A stretch of DNA of 64,000 nucleotides from an uncultured Actinomycetes bacterium (GTDB lineage Bacteria; Actinomycetota; Thermoleophilia; UBA2241). Positions 44,841 through 54,513 of the stretch are shown here, in pieces (the first letter of the stretch is position 1; each line of letters opens with the position of its first letter). The DNA is taken from contig CAVRZA010000006.1 in the NCBI GenBank assembly GCA_963725665.1, positions 160,001 to 224,000 of the forward strand, in the 5' to 3' direction. The notes beneath the pieces were generated by a model. That model was not told the DNA's origin, did no database searches, and worked only from the letters and a program-made list of their open reading frames with translations. Both the position numbers and the translations under genes were made by a program.

Positions 44841-45770
44841 TCATCCTCCCACACGTACGGCTGTCTGGGCCGGATACAGGCTCACCGCCTGCAGGATCTC
44901 GCCCATCACGGCCTTCACGGTCAGATCGATGCTGACGTTGTCGAACACCGGCACGCCGTACTGGGCCGCGCGGGCGAGGATGTACTTCTGGACGGAGCGG
45001 ATCTGAGAGAAGCTGTGGATGTAGCGCCGCAGGGGGCGGATGCCGTCGGTCTGCCATTCGCGCACGTAGAAGTGGCTGCGGTGGGCGTCGGCGTCGGCGA
45101 CCTTGAGGATGAACTGCAGGATGAGCGCGTCGCGGTAGTCGACGGTTTCCAGGAACCCGGGCACGACGTGCACGCCTTCGACGATGGTGCTCTGCGCCTC
45201 CTCCACGGCGCGGCGCACGATGGCGTTCAGCCCCACCGCTACGCTCTTGGTCTGTTCGATGAAGCCCGCGCGCGTGAGGTCGGCGTCGCCTGGCACCGGC
45301 CCGCGCCCTGCGTCGGCGGCGGCGAACGACGAGTAGTGGATCGCCGGCATCAGCTCGGGCGCGAAGAAGGCACGCATCACCTGGCGCACCGCGTCGGTGC
45401 CGACCACGCGCGTGATGCCCAACCTGTGCGCCAGCTGGGTTGCCAAAGTGCTCTTGCCGACGCCCGTGGTGCCGCCGATGAGGATGACCAGCGGGCGTTC
45501 GAAGTGCGAGAGTCGCTCTCGCTGCACGAAGCGAGCGATGAGGCCCTCTCCTTCAGTGGTGCCCAGGGTGACGCAGGCAGCCTCGCGCAGCCCCGCCAGT
45601 GTCACCGTCTTTGTGCCTGCTTCGCTCAACATGCGCTCCAAGGCTGCCGCCACGGCATAGGCCCGCTCGGGGGAGACCCCCGTAGCCATCAAGGCCTGGG
45701 CCATCAAGCCCTTCGAATAGGGCAGACCCTCCTCCTGGTTGATAACGACCAGATCGCCGTCGTCCGCCAT
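44841..45770 (-). CDS. pgk2: 2-phosphoglycerate kinase (ATP-cone plus P-loop kinase)
   Basis: PYSKGLMAQAL.A.G (ATP cone), PLVILIGGTTGVGKST.A..LAHRLGI.RV..TD.VRQVMR, P.IHYSSF, IVEGVHVVPG, HRSHFY.R. Confidence 0.85.
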   Translation of the reverse strand: MADDGDLVVINQEEGLPYSKGLMAQALMATGVSPERAYAVAAALERMLSEAGTKTVTLAGLREAACVTLGTTEGEGLIARFVQRERLSHFERPLVILIGGTTGVGKSTLATQLAHRLGITRVVGTDAVRQVMRAFFAPELMPAIHYSSFAAADAGRGPVPGDADLTRAGFIEQTKSVAVGLNAIVRRAVEEAQSTIVEGVHVVPGFLETVDYRDALILQFILKVADADAHRSHFYVREWQTDGIRPLRRYIHSFSQIRSVQKYILARAAQYGVPVFDNVSIDLTVKAVMGEILQAVSLYPAQTAVRVGG

Positions 45771-45778
45771 CGTCCCCC

Positions 45779-47224
45779 CTAGACCCCGCCCTCGCGTTGC
45801 CTAGCGTCGAACCGCGTCTCACAGCGGCCGGCGAGCGCCTCGATCTCGGTCGCCAGGTCGCTGCCGTCGACCGCCAGCGGCTCGTTGTCGCAGAACACGA
45901 GGCGCTTGCCGGCCGCCTGAGCCGCCTCGGCCACCACGTCGATGGCGGCCGCCTTGATCTCGGTCACGAAGACGTCGGTATCACGCGCCGCCTTCGTCAC
46001 CGCCTCCTTGAGCGCCGGCCTGCGTGCCAGGTCCGTGCACACCGTCACCACCTCGGCCCCGTGCTCGGTCTCGAGGTGTGCCCGTAGCCCGGCGGCGGCC
46101 TCGCGCGTCGCCGTCGTGAAGAACGCCACGCGCTCCCCGGCGACCGCCTCTTGGGGGCGCGGGCGGAACACCGTGGGGACGACCTTCAGCGCCGGCTTCA
46201 CGGCCTCGATCTCCTCACGCAACGCCGCAACGCGGGCCGCATCGGAGAAAGGCTCCTCGCACATCGTGAGGACGACAAGGTCGGAGATGAGTAACCGGTA
46301 CGTACCCAGATAGCCAACGATGTATTCTGTCGGTTGCCCTGCGCCACTGACGCAGACCACCCCCTCGGTGCTCACGGGCGGCAGCACCGCTCCGCTGCCC
46401 TCGAACACAACCAGCGACGCCGGCAGACTCTGCGCCAGCGTCACGCCCTCGGCGACGTTCGAGTCGAACGGGCTCCCCGCCATGCCGCCGCCACAGCGGC
46501 GGCAGCCGACCGTCGTCACGCCCGCGAGCACCGCGTCCTCGTAGTGATCGGAGGCCGCGTGCCGCCCGGCGCGCGAGGCGGCCAGCAGGTCGCCTTGGCC
46601 CAGCCTCTCCTCGCCCGACAGGAGCTCGGGCTCAGCCGGTCCGCCGCGGCCCATGGCCACGACGACCACCCCCGGCCCGCGCGCGTAGCGGCGCGCCAGG
46701 ACGCGGGCGATGAACCCACTCACTGCGGTCTTACCGACCCTCTTGCCGGTTCCGATGACGGCCAGCGAGGGAGCGGTGGAGAGTCGTTGCAAAGATGGTG
46801 GCGAGAACTCGAAGTCGGCTCCGACGTAGCGCGCGCCTCTCGCCAAGGCCACGCTTATGAGGTGGAACCGCTCGCGGTAGCCTAGCACCGGCTCGTCGGA
46901 CAAGTCAACGACGATGCTCGCACCCGTATCGCGCAGCAGGGCGTCGAGGGCGGCGCCGGCGGCGGCCCCCGGACGGCGGCCGCCGGCGCCGCCCTCCCGC
47001 GCCCTGCGCAGCGGCAGACCGTAGAGCGCGGCCAGCTCCTCATCGCCGACCGGGTCGCGCAGCTTCTCCTCGCCGCCGAGGAAGACCGCGCCGACGAGGC
47101 GGTAGCGCCCGCGCAGGCGAGCCAGCGTGTCGAGCACCACGGGCGGGTAGTGCTCGCCGTCGATGAGCGCCACCGCCACCGGCGGCTCGTTCGTTCCTGG
47201 AGATGTCGTCCCTGGAGGCGTCAT
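45779..47224 (-). CDS. cpgS: Cyclic 2,3-diphosphoglycerate synthetase
   Basis: ALIDGEHYPPV, FLGGEEKL, DLSDEPVL, IGTGKRVGKTAVS, AMGRGGP.EP, HAASDHYEDA, GCRRCGGGMAG, EGSGA, EIKAAAIDVV. Confidence 0.93.
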   Translation of the reverse strand: MTPPGTTSPGTNEPPVAVALIDGEHYPPVVLDTLARLRGRYRLVGAVFLGGEEKLRDPVGDEELAALYGLPLRRAREGGAGGRRPGAAAGAALDALLRDTGASIVVDLSDEPVLGYRERFHLISVALARGARYVGADFEFSPPSLQRLSTAPSLAVIGTGKRVGKTAVSGFIARVLARRYARGPGVVVVAMGRGGPAEPELLSGEERLGQGDLLAASRAGRHAASDHYEDAVLAGVTTVGCRRCGGGMAGSPFDSNVAEGVTLAQSLPASLVVFEGSGAVLPPVSTEGVVCVSGAGQPTEYIVGYLGTYRLLISDLVVLTMCEEPFSDAARVAALREEIEAVKPALKVVPTVFRPRPQEAVAGERVAFFTTATREAAAGLRAHLETEHGAEVVTVCTDLARRPALKEAVTKAARDTDVFVTEIKAAAIDVVAEAAQAAGKRLVFCDNEPLAVDGSDLATEIEALAGRCETRFDARQREGGV

Positions 47225-47321
47225 CGTCCTCCTCCGCTCGGACTCGACAGGGCCCGACCGCGTCCCTTCTCACAGGCAACGCGCATGCGAGCGGGGATGT
47301 CCGGCCCCGCGACCGGCCGGC

Positions 47322-48152
47322 TCACGTGCCGGGGTGGTGAGCGGCGTCGCGAACGGGCGGCTTCTCGAAGGCCAGGGTAGAGGGCGAGAACTCGATGATG
47401 ACCTCGGAGCCGTGGAAGGGGTACTTGCGCTCGACGGTCACCAGGTCTTCCCCGATGGTGACGATGTTGTAGCAGGGCCGCGTGTTGCCGCGCAGGCGCA
47501 GGGAGCTCACCGTCCCCGCGTTGACGACGAACAGGTTCTCGAGACGCCAGGCGTACGGCACGTGCTTGTGGCCGCAAAGCACCAGGTTCACACCGCAGCG
47601 CTGCAGGACCTCGAGGGTATCGCCGGCGTCGTAGACCATGTTGCGCTCCCGTCCCGTCCCCGGCACGGGCAGCAGGTGGTGGTGCAGCAGGAAGATGCGC
47701 AGGTCGGCCGGCTCCGAGAACTCCTCGTCAAGCCAGCGGTAGCGCGCGCGGCCGATCGTGCCGTAATCGAGGTCGGGCTCCGTCGAGTCGACCCCGACGA
47801 TGCTTATGCCCTCCTTGAGGAAGTGACAGCTACGCGGTCCGAAGAGCTCCTCGAAGTGCACGTAGCCGACGTTGCGCGAATCGTGGTTGCCCGGTATGAC
47901 GAGGAGGTCGGGACACTCGAGCCGGTCGATGTAGGACTTCGCCAGCAGGTACTCTTGGCGGAACCCGTCGTTGGTGAGGTCGCCCGTGACGACGACCACG
48001 TCGGGCTTGAGCTCGTTGACCTCCACGATCGCCCTCTCCATGAGGTTGGCGACGAAGAACGGCGACCCAGTGTGCAGGTCGGAGATCTGCGCGATGGTGA
48101 AGGGACGTCGGCCGTTGGCGGGCCCCGACGTGGCGTGAGTTGGTGAGGTCAT
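47322..48152 (-). CDS. Calcineurin-like metallophosphoesterase (CpdA/Icc-like)
   Basis: QISDLH, VTGDLT, PGNHD, HHH, LCGHKH. Confidence 0.93.
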   Translation of the reverse strand: MTSPTHATSGPANGRRPFTIAQISDLHTGSPFFVANLMERAIVEVNELKPDVVVVTGDLTNDGFRQEYLLAKSYIDRLECPDLLVIPGNHDSRNVGYVHFEELFGPRSCHFLKEGISIVGVDSTEPDLDYGTIGRARYRWLDEEFSEPADLRIFLLHHHLLPVPGTGRERNMVYDAGDTLEVLQRCGVNLVLCGHKHVPYAWRLENLFVVNAGTVSSLRLRGNTRPCYNIVTIGEDLVTVERKYPFHGSEVIIEFSPSTLAFEKPPVRDAAHHPGT

Positions 48153-48253
48153 CGGCGCTTGTGGGTCAGGGGTCGCTCTCAGGGGTGACTCGTGCTCATC
48201 GTATCATCTCCCGCCATGGCGTCGCCTACTCCGGTCCGTGCACCACCCGGCTG

Positions 48254-48330
48254 CGCCTACGCCGGACGCGCGTCGTGAAACAGCGGTCGCCTACGCCGGA
48301 CGCACGTCGTGACACAGCAGTCGCCGACGC
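48254..48330. repeat. Imperfect 34-bp tandem repeat (about 2.3 copies)
   Basis: CGCCTACGCCGGACGC(G/A)CGTCGTGA(A/C)ACAGC(G/A)GT twice plus a partial copy. Confidence 0.7.
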
Positions 48331-48358
48331 GCTCCACAGGCTGCTCGACCCGGGAGCG

Positions 48359-50581
48359 CTACTCGACCACTACCACGCGCACGGCCCCCTGCTTGTCACG
48401 CACCGAGAACGAGGTCTTGCTGCCCTCACGCCTGAAGCGCAGGCTCAGCTTCGAACGCCCGACGCTCAAGTTGTTCACGTCGACTTCGCTCAGCCACGCT
48501 GGGAGCACGGGGTTGTGCACGTAGAGGATGTTCTCCTCGGCGTTCGCGTAGATCCCCAGGATCTCCTGCAGGATCATGTACATCGCCCCGGCCGAGCCCG
48601 CCTCGGGGCTGCAGGCCATGGGGTACGAGACGGGCCTGTTGACCGCCTGCTTGGTGAAGCCGCAGAAGACCTCCGGCAGACGGTAGTACTCCTGCTGCAG
48701 CGCCGCCTCGAAGAGGCCCGTGGCGATCTTGTTGGCCTCGGCCGCGTAGCCGAGCTTCTTGAGCCCCCGCGCGATGATGGCGTTGTCGAGCGGCCACACG
48801 CTGCCGTTGAAGTAGCTCATGGGGTTGTAGGCCGGCGCGACCTTGGAGATCGTGCGTACACCCCAGCCCGAGAACATGTCGGGGCTCAGGAGGCGCTGGG
48901 CGACGGCCTGCACGTGCTCGTCGGCGACGATGCGCGACCAGAGGCAGTGGCCGGCGCTCGAAGCGATGGTCTTCACCTGCCGCTTCTGGCCGTCGAGGGC
49001 CATCGCCACGTACTGCTCGTCCTCCATCCAGAACTGCTCGTTGAAGCGCACCTTGAGCGCCTGCGCCTCCGCCTGCAGGCGCTCGGCGAGCTCGATGTCG
49101 CCGAGCACCCCGAAGAGCTCCGCCAGGCGCCGCTTGGCGTAGTACACGTAGGCCTGCACCTCGGCCAGCGCGATGGGTCCCTCAGCGACCGACCCGTCGG
49201 CGTGCACGACGGCGTTGTGCGAGTCGCGCCACCCCTGGTTCGTGAGCCCGTGGCGCGAGCGCCGGCGGTACTCGACGAAGCCGTCACCGTCGAAGTCGCC
49301 GTAGTGGTCGATCCAGTTCAGGGCGGCGTCGATGGGATCGCGGAGCAGCTCGAAGAAGTCGAGGTCGCCGGTCCACATGACGGTCTCGCAGAGGAGCAGC
49401 AGGTAGAGCGGCGTCGTGTCGATGGCGCCGTAGTAGGGCGTGTGCGGGATCGCCCTCAAGGCCGCGAGCTCGCCCTGGCGTATCTCGTGCATGATCTTGC
49501 CGGGCTCCTCCTCGCGGAAGAGGTTGTCGGCCTTGCCCTGCAGCTTCGTCAGCGCCTGCAGCGTCTCGACCGCCGGGCGCGGGTCGAGCATCAGCGTCTC
49601 GAGGCTGGCGAGAAGCGCATCGCGCCCCATCGGCGCCACGAACCACGGTACCCCGGCCATGACCAGGCGCCCGTAACGCGTGCGTGCGAGCAGCATGCGC
49701 ATGTCGCGCTCGGCACGGCGCAGCACCGCCGTGAACTGCTCGTTGTCGGTGAAGATATCGCTCGACTCGGCGAACCAGCGCTCGTAGTCGCGCCGGACCT
49801 CGCCCAGCTTCGTGTTGAAGTCGGCGTCGGGCGCCGCCTCCGGCACGCCCGGCGCCTGCACCTCGACGGAGAACCTGATCACCTTGCGCTCGCGTGGCTC
49901 CAGGCGCACACGGAACACGACGTGCGTACCCTCGATGCGCGCCGGCGCCGCGGCGAACGAGACCACGGTCTTGCGCAGCACGTCGTCGAGCCCCAGGTAG
50001 GCGAGCACGATGCTCTTTGGCGTCGTCTTGGGCGCCAGACGCGTGCCGCGGCGGCGCCGGCGCGTGCCGCGCACCTCGAACATGTCGGCGAAGTCGGCGC
50101 CCACAGCGATCTCGATCGACACCTCGACCGGCTCGGGGTTGAAGTTCTTGATGCGCAGGAGCTCGTAAAGACGGTCAGAGACGAGCCGCGTGCGGCGCAC
50201 GTGCACCGTCGCCTGCGGGATCGTCTTGCCGTCGATGCCCTTGATCTGCAGGTTGGCGAACTCCATCGAGCAGACGAAGTCGCGCTCCGCCGTGGACGAC
50301 AGAAGGACAGGCGGACGACCGCCGATGGTCATCTCCAGCCGGCTCAAGTAGCGCGTGTCGCGGAAGTAGAGGCCGAGCGGCGAGATCTCCGCAGCGGGGA
50401 TGTGACCCTCGAGGTCGGTGTAGAGGAAGAGCTCGCCCTCCTTGATCACCAGACGCTGCTCCAGCGGCTCGCTCATCACGTACCGCTCGGCACTGATAGT
50501 GATGCGCTCGGTGTCGTCGAGGCGCTCGAAGCGCTCCTCGCCGATGACGATCTCGTCGCGTCTGTTGGATGCCCTGCTCAC
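48359..50581 (-). CDS. Amylo-alpha-1,6-glucosidase / glycogen-debranching-type glycoside hydrolase
   Basis: GLYFRDTRYLS, ADFADMFEVRG, AGVPWF...GRD, EEPGKIMHE.R, YYG.IDTTPL, NQGW.DS, YFNGSVWP.DN, RLPEVFCG, YP.ACSP. Confidence 0.9.
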   Translation of the reverse strand: MSRASNRRDEIVIGEERFERLDDTERITISAERYVMSEPLEQRLVIKEGELFLYTDLEGHIPAAEISPLGLYFRDTRYLSRLEMTIGGRPPVLLSSTAERDFVCSMEFANLQIKGIDGKTIPQATVHVRRTRLVSDRLYELLRIKNFNPEPVEVSIEIAVGADFADMFEVRGTRRRRRGTRLAPKTTPKSIVLAYLGLDDVLRKTVVSFAAAPARIEGTHVVFRVRLEPRERKVIRFSVEVQAPGVPEAAPDADFNTKLGEVRRDYERWFAESSDIFTDNEQFTAVLRRAERDMRMLLARTRYGRLVMAGVPWFVAPMGRDALLASLETLMLDPRPAVETLQALTKLQGKADNLFREEEPGKIMHEIRQGELAALRAIPHTPYYGAIDTTPLYLLLLCETVMWTGDLDFFELLRDPIDAALNWIDHYGDFDGDGFVEYRRRSRHGLTNQGWRDSHNAVVHADGSVAEGPIALAEVQAYVYYAKRRLAELFGVLGDIELAERLQAEAQALKVRFNEQFWMEDEQYVAMALDGQKRQVKTIASSAGHCLWSRIVADEHVQAVAQRLLSPDMFSGWGVRTISKVAPAYNPMSYFNGSVWPLDNAIIARGLKKLGYAAEANKIATGLFEAALQQEYYRLPEVFCGFTKQAVNRPVSYPMACSPEAGSAGAMYMILQEILGIYANAEENILYVHNPVLPAWLSEVDVNNLSVGRSKLSLRFRREGSKTSFSVRDKQGAVRVVVVE

Positions 50582-50877
50582 TACCCCTTCCAGGTCGCTG
50601 CCCCCGACGCCGCCGCACGCTCGCTGCGACTATGCCCGACGGGCTGCTTCGCGAAGGCCTCTCCTTTCCACAGCCCCACCGCGTTCCCTTTCGCTCACGG
50701 CACACGCGAGCGAGCGATAGAAGGGCGAGCGGTAGGGTCGACGCGGGAGACGACCACGGGCCGGGACGGCCTCGCACGACTGTAGCACCCGCCGGTCCGG
50801 CGCGGCAACGGCGAGGCTGTCTCGAGCGCCCGAAGCGCGCCTCGCGACCCGCTGCGGCGGCCCAGAGGAGGGGTCCG

Positions 50878-52089
50878 TCAAGTGGCGGCGGGCTCTGATT
50901 CCAGGAAAAGCGTCATCAGCTCGCGGCCGCTCTCCAGACGCAGACCGCTCGCGGCGGCCTCACGCTCCCCGAAGGCCGCCGCCGACCCGCCGACGTCCGC
51001 GCCCGGTGAGCGGCCCCGCTCGCTCCCGCGTCGCCAGAGCACGAACGGCACTGGGTCGGCGACGTGCGTGCGCACGCGCACCGGCGTGGGGTGGTCGGGC
51101 AGGACGAGCAGCGCGTCGACGAGCGGCGAGGCGGCGAGGCGCCCGACGATCTCGCGGTCGACGGCCTCGATGGCCTTGACCTTCTCCTCGATGTCGCCCA
51201 TGTGACCGGCCTCGTCGGGCGCCTCGACATGCACGTAGACGAAGTCGACGCGCGCCAGCGCGTCGAGCGCCACGCGAGCCTTCGACGCGTAGTCGGTGTC
51301 GAGGAACGCCGTCGCACCGGGCACGTCGGGCGCCTCGAGCCCGGCAAGCACGCTGATGCCCTTGATGAGGTCGGCGGCGGCTACAGCGGCGCCGCTCACG
51401 CCCCAGACGTCGCGGAAGAGCGGCAACGAGGGGGTCCTGCCCTGGCCCCAGAGCCAGATGTCGGTCACCTTGGTAGGGTTGGCCGCGCCGTCGGCGAGCA
51501 CGTCGTGGGCGCGGGCCATGAGCCCGCGCAGCGGGCCCGCGCCCGCACCCGAGGGCAGGTGCTCGCCGACGGCGCGGCCGATGATGTCGTGTGGCGGGGT
51601 GGTCGCGACGTCGTCGCGACCACCCCGCCACACGAGCAGGTTGCGGTAGCTCACCCCCGCGTGGAAATCGACCGCGCCGTCGTCGGCGAACGCCGCGGCG
51701 ACCCGTTCGTTGAGCAGGGCCACAAGTCGCGCCGCACGGTCGCCGGCGACGTGCCCGGCGGTGAAGTCGTCCATCACACCGTCGGCGATGGTGACCAGGT
51801 TGCAGCGGTAGGCGACGTCGCCGCGACCGAGCCCGACGCCGATGCTCGCCGCCTCGAGCGGCGCGCGCCCGGTGTAGACGGCGCGCGGGTCGTACCCGAG
51901 GACTCCCAGGTTGGCCACGTCGCTGCCAGCCGCCATGCCCTCCGGCACGGTGCGCACGAGGCCGACGAGCCCTTCACGAGCGAGAGCGTCGAGGTGCGGC
52001 GTGCGCGCCGCCTCGAGCGGAGTGGCGCCGCCGAGCTCGTCCAGCGGCTCGTCGGCCATCCCGTCGGGAACGACGATCACGCGCTTCAC
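50878..52089 (-). CDS. apgM: Cofactor-independent phosphoglycerate mutase family protein (ApgM-like; proposed homoserine kinase subfamily)
   Basis: DGMADEP...[51 protein letters not shown]...RTH..DPVPF. Confidence 0.88.
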   Translation of the reverse strand: MKRVIVVPDGMADEPLDELGGATPLEAARTPHLDALAREGLVGLVRTVPEGMAAGSDVANLGVLGYDPRAVYTGRAPLEAASIGVGLGRGDVAYRCNLVTIADGVMDDFTAGHVAGDRAARLVALLNERVAAAFADDGAVDFHAGVSYRNLLVWRGGRDDVATTPPHDIIGRAVGEHLPSGAGAGPLRGLMARAHDVLADGAANPTKVTDIWLWGQGRTPSLPLFRDVWGVSGAAVAAADLIKGISVLAGLEAPDVPGATAFLDTDYASKARVALDALARVDFVYVHVEAPDEAGHMGDIEEKVKAIEAVDREIVGRLAASPLVDALLVLPDHPTPVRVRTHVADPVPFVLWRRGSERGRSPGADVGGSAAAFGEREAAASGLRLESGRELMTLFLESEPAAT

Positions 52090-53216
52090 GCGGGCACCCC
52101 ATCGAGCACTGCCTCGATCTCGCGCAGCGGGTCCTCGGTGAAGACGGGCTCCTCGGCCGTGCGCACCGCTGTGTCGGGGTCCTTCAGGCCATGGCCGGTA
52201 AGGACGCACACGACGCGTGCGCCGGCGGGCACACGCCCGTCGGCGCGCGCCTTCGTCACCCCGGCGATCGAGGCGGCCGAGGCGGGCTCGCACATCACGC
52301 CCTCGGCGCGCGCCACGAGCTTGTAGGCGGCGATGATCTCTTCGTCGGTGACGATGTCGATGAAGCCGCCCGAGTCGCGCGCGGCGGCCAGGGCCTCCTC
52401 GCCGCGCGCCGGGTTGCCGATGCGGATGGCCGTGGCGATCGTCTCCGGGTTCTCGACACGGTGTCCCAGCACGAGCGGGGCCGCGCCGGCCGCTTGAAAG
52501 CCGATCATCTTCGGCAGGCGGCCGGCGACACCCGCCTCGTGGTACTCGCGGTAGCCCTTCCAGTAGCTCGTGATGTTGCCCGCGTTGCCGACCGGGATGG
52601 CGTGGTAGTCGGGCGCCTCGCCAAGCACGTCGACGATCTCGAAGGCGCCTGTCTTCTGCCCCTCGATGCGGTACGGGTTGACCGAGTTCACGAGGGCGAT
52701 GGCAAAGCGCTTGGCCGCTTCACGCACGACGTCGAGGGCGACGTCGAAGTTGCCCGGGATCGAGATCACGTGGGCGCCGTAGGCGACCGCCTGGGCGAGC
52801 TTGCCCATGGCGATCTTGCCCTCCGGGATGACGACGACGGCGCGCATGCCCGCCTTGGCTGCGTAGGCGGCGGCGGAGGCGCTCGTGTTGCCCGTCGAGG
52901 CGCAGATGACGGCGCCGATCCCCTCCTCGGCCACCTTCGAGATGGCCATCGTCATGCCCCGGTCCTTGAAGGAGGCGGTCGGGTTGAGGCCCTCCAGCTT
53001 GAGGTACAGCTCGACGCCGAGCTCCTCACCGAGGCGTCGTGCCGCCACAAGGGGCGTGTCGCCCTCGCCCAGGGTCACGACGGGGGTGCGATCGGTCACC
53101 GGCAGCCAGTCGCGGTAGTGGGCGATCACGCCGCGGCCGGGGATGCCCGTCTTGCCCCAAGCCTCGTAGCTCGCGCTCCCACCGAGGCCCTGCCCGTCAG
53201 GCGCGTCAGCCGGCAT
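52086..53216 (-). CDS. thrC: Threonine synthase
   Basis: [68 protein letters not shown]. Confidence 0.96.
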   Translation of the reverse strand: MPADAPDGQGLGGSASYEAWGKTGIPGRGVIAHYRDWLPVTDRTPVVTLGEGDTPLVAARRLGEELGVELYLKLEGLNPTASFKDRGMTMAISKVAEEGIGAVICASTGNTSASAAAYAAKAGMRAVVVIPEGKIAMGKLAQAVAYGAHVISIPGNFDVALDVVREAAKRFAIALVNSVNPYRIEGQKTGAFEIVDVLGEAPDYHAIPVGNAGNITSYWKGYREYHEAGVAGRLPKMIGFQAAGAAPLVLGHRVENPETIATAIRIGNPARGEEALAAARDSGGFIDIVTDEEIIAAYKLVARAEGVMCEPASAASIAGVTKARADGRVPAGARVVCVLTGHGLKDPDTAVRTAEEPVFTEDPLREIEAVLDGVPA

Positions 53217-54489
53217 AGTCGCCCTCCACCCTGACGACGCTCGGCGTGCCGCGCACGACCGAGAGCGCCTTGATCTCCTCAAGGGCGGCATGGAAGCTCG
53301 CCTCGCGCACGGGATGTAGCACCAACACGAGCTGGGCGGTCTCACCCTCGCCGGTCTGCTGCATCGACTGGATGCTCACGCCCTCGTCGCCGAAGAGCTT
53401 GGCGAGCTGTGCCAGGACGCCGGGCTGGTCGACGACGTGCAGCCGCAAATAGAAGCGCGACACGACCTCGTCGTTGGGGAAGAAGGCGAGGTCCTTGTAG
53501 CAGACGCAGTTGCGCACGTAGCCGCCGGGGGCCGTGTTGACGATGGAGATGATGTCGCCGATGACGGCCGACGCCGTCGGCGTGCCGCCGGCGCCGGGAC
53601 CGAAGAGCATGATCTTGTCGAAGGAATCGCTCTCGAGGAAGACGGCGTTGTAAGCGCCCGAGACGCCGGCCAGGGGGTGAGCGGTGGGGATGAAGCAGGG
53701 ATAGACGCGCACGTTGACGCGTCCGTCGATGAGCTTCGCGACGCCGAGCAGCTTGGGCACCAGGCCGAGGGCCTTGCCGTGGGCGACGTCGGCGTCGGCG
53801 AGCCCCTCGATGCCCTCGTGCTCGACGTCGCCCAGCCGCACGCGGCTGTGGAAGGCGATCGACGAGAGGATGGCCATCTTCGCCGCCGCGTCCTTGCCGG
53901 TAACGTCCTCCGTCGGGTCGGCCTCGGCGAACCCGAGCTCCTGAGCCTTCTTCAGCGTTGGCCCGTACTCGGCTCCGGTGTCGGTCATGGCCGAGAGGAT
54001 GTAGTTGGTCGTCCCGTTGACGATGCCCATGACGCCGGTCACCTCGGCCGCGGCGAGCGACTCGCGCAGCACCTTGATCACCGGCACCGCCCCGACCGAG
54101 CTCGCCTCGAAACGCAAGAAGACGCCGGCGTCCTCTGCGGCCTGCAGGAGCTCGGCGCCATGCTGCGAGAGGAGCTGCTTGTTGGCCGTGACGACGGACT
54201 TACCGGCCGCCAGCGCCTCGAGCTGGAAGCTGCGCGCCGGTTCGAGGCCGCCGATGAGCTCGACGACGATATCGATGCCGGGGTCGCCGACGATCTCGGC
54301 GAAGTCCGCCGAAACGGGGACGCCCTCCGGGACCAGCTTCGCCCGCTCGGGGATCCTCTCGAGGACGCGGCGCAGCTCGACGTCCCTGCCCGTGGCGAGC
54401 TTGATCTCGCCGGCCTGTTCGACGAGCAGGCGCCCGACGCCGGAGCCGACCGTGCCGTAGCCCAGCAAGCCGATCCCTACCTTGTCCAT
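53206..54489 (-). CDS. hom: Homoserine dehydrogenase with ACT domain
   Basis: [63 protein letters not shown]. Confidence 0.97.
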   Translation of the reverse strand: MDKVGIGLLGYGTVGSGVGRLLVEQAGEIKLATGRDVELRRVLERIPERAKLVPEGVPVSADFAEIVGDPGIDIVVELIGGLEPARSFQLEALAAGKSVVTANKQLLSQHGAELLQAAEDAGVFLRFEASSVGAVPVIKVLRESLAAAEVTGVMGIVNGTTNYILSAMTDTGAEYGPTLKKAQELGFAEADPTEDVTGKDAAAKMAILSSIAFHSRVRLGDVEHEGIEGLADADVAHGKALGLVPKLLGVAKLIDGRVNVRVYPCFIPTAHPLAGVSGAYNAVFLESDSFDKIMLFGPGAGGTPTASAVIGDIISIVNTAPGGYVRNCVCYKDLAFFPNDEVVSRFYLRLHVVDQPGVLAQLAKLFGDEGVSIQSMQQTGEGETAQLVLVLHPVREASFHAALEEIKALSVVRGTPSVVRVEGDYAG

Positions 54490-54513
54490 CGCCAGAACCT
54501 CCCGCCCCTCGCG

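Noticed and set aside
48254-48330. Tandem repeats here and at 28952-29007 as CRISPR arrays
   Set aside because: Head-to-tail copies without unique spacers, and no cas genes
50640-50760. Minus-strand TGGAAAGGAGAG resembling the 3' end of a second Moco motif
   Set aside because: The other conserved elements (TCCGAG, CCTAA, AGGGT and an adjacent CTCCC) are absent
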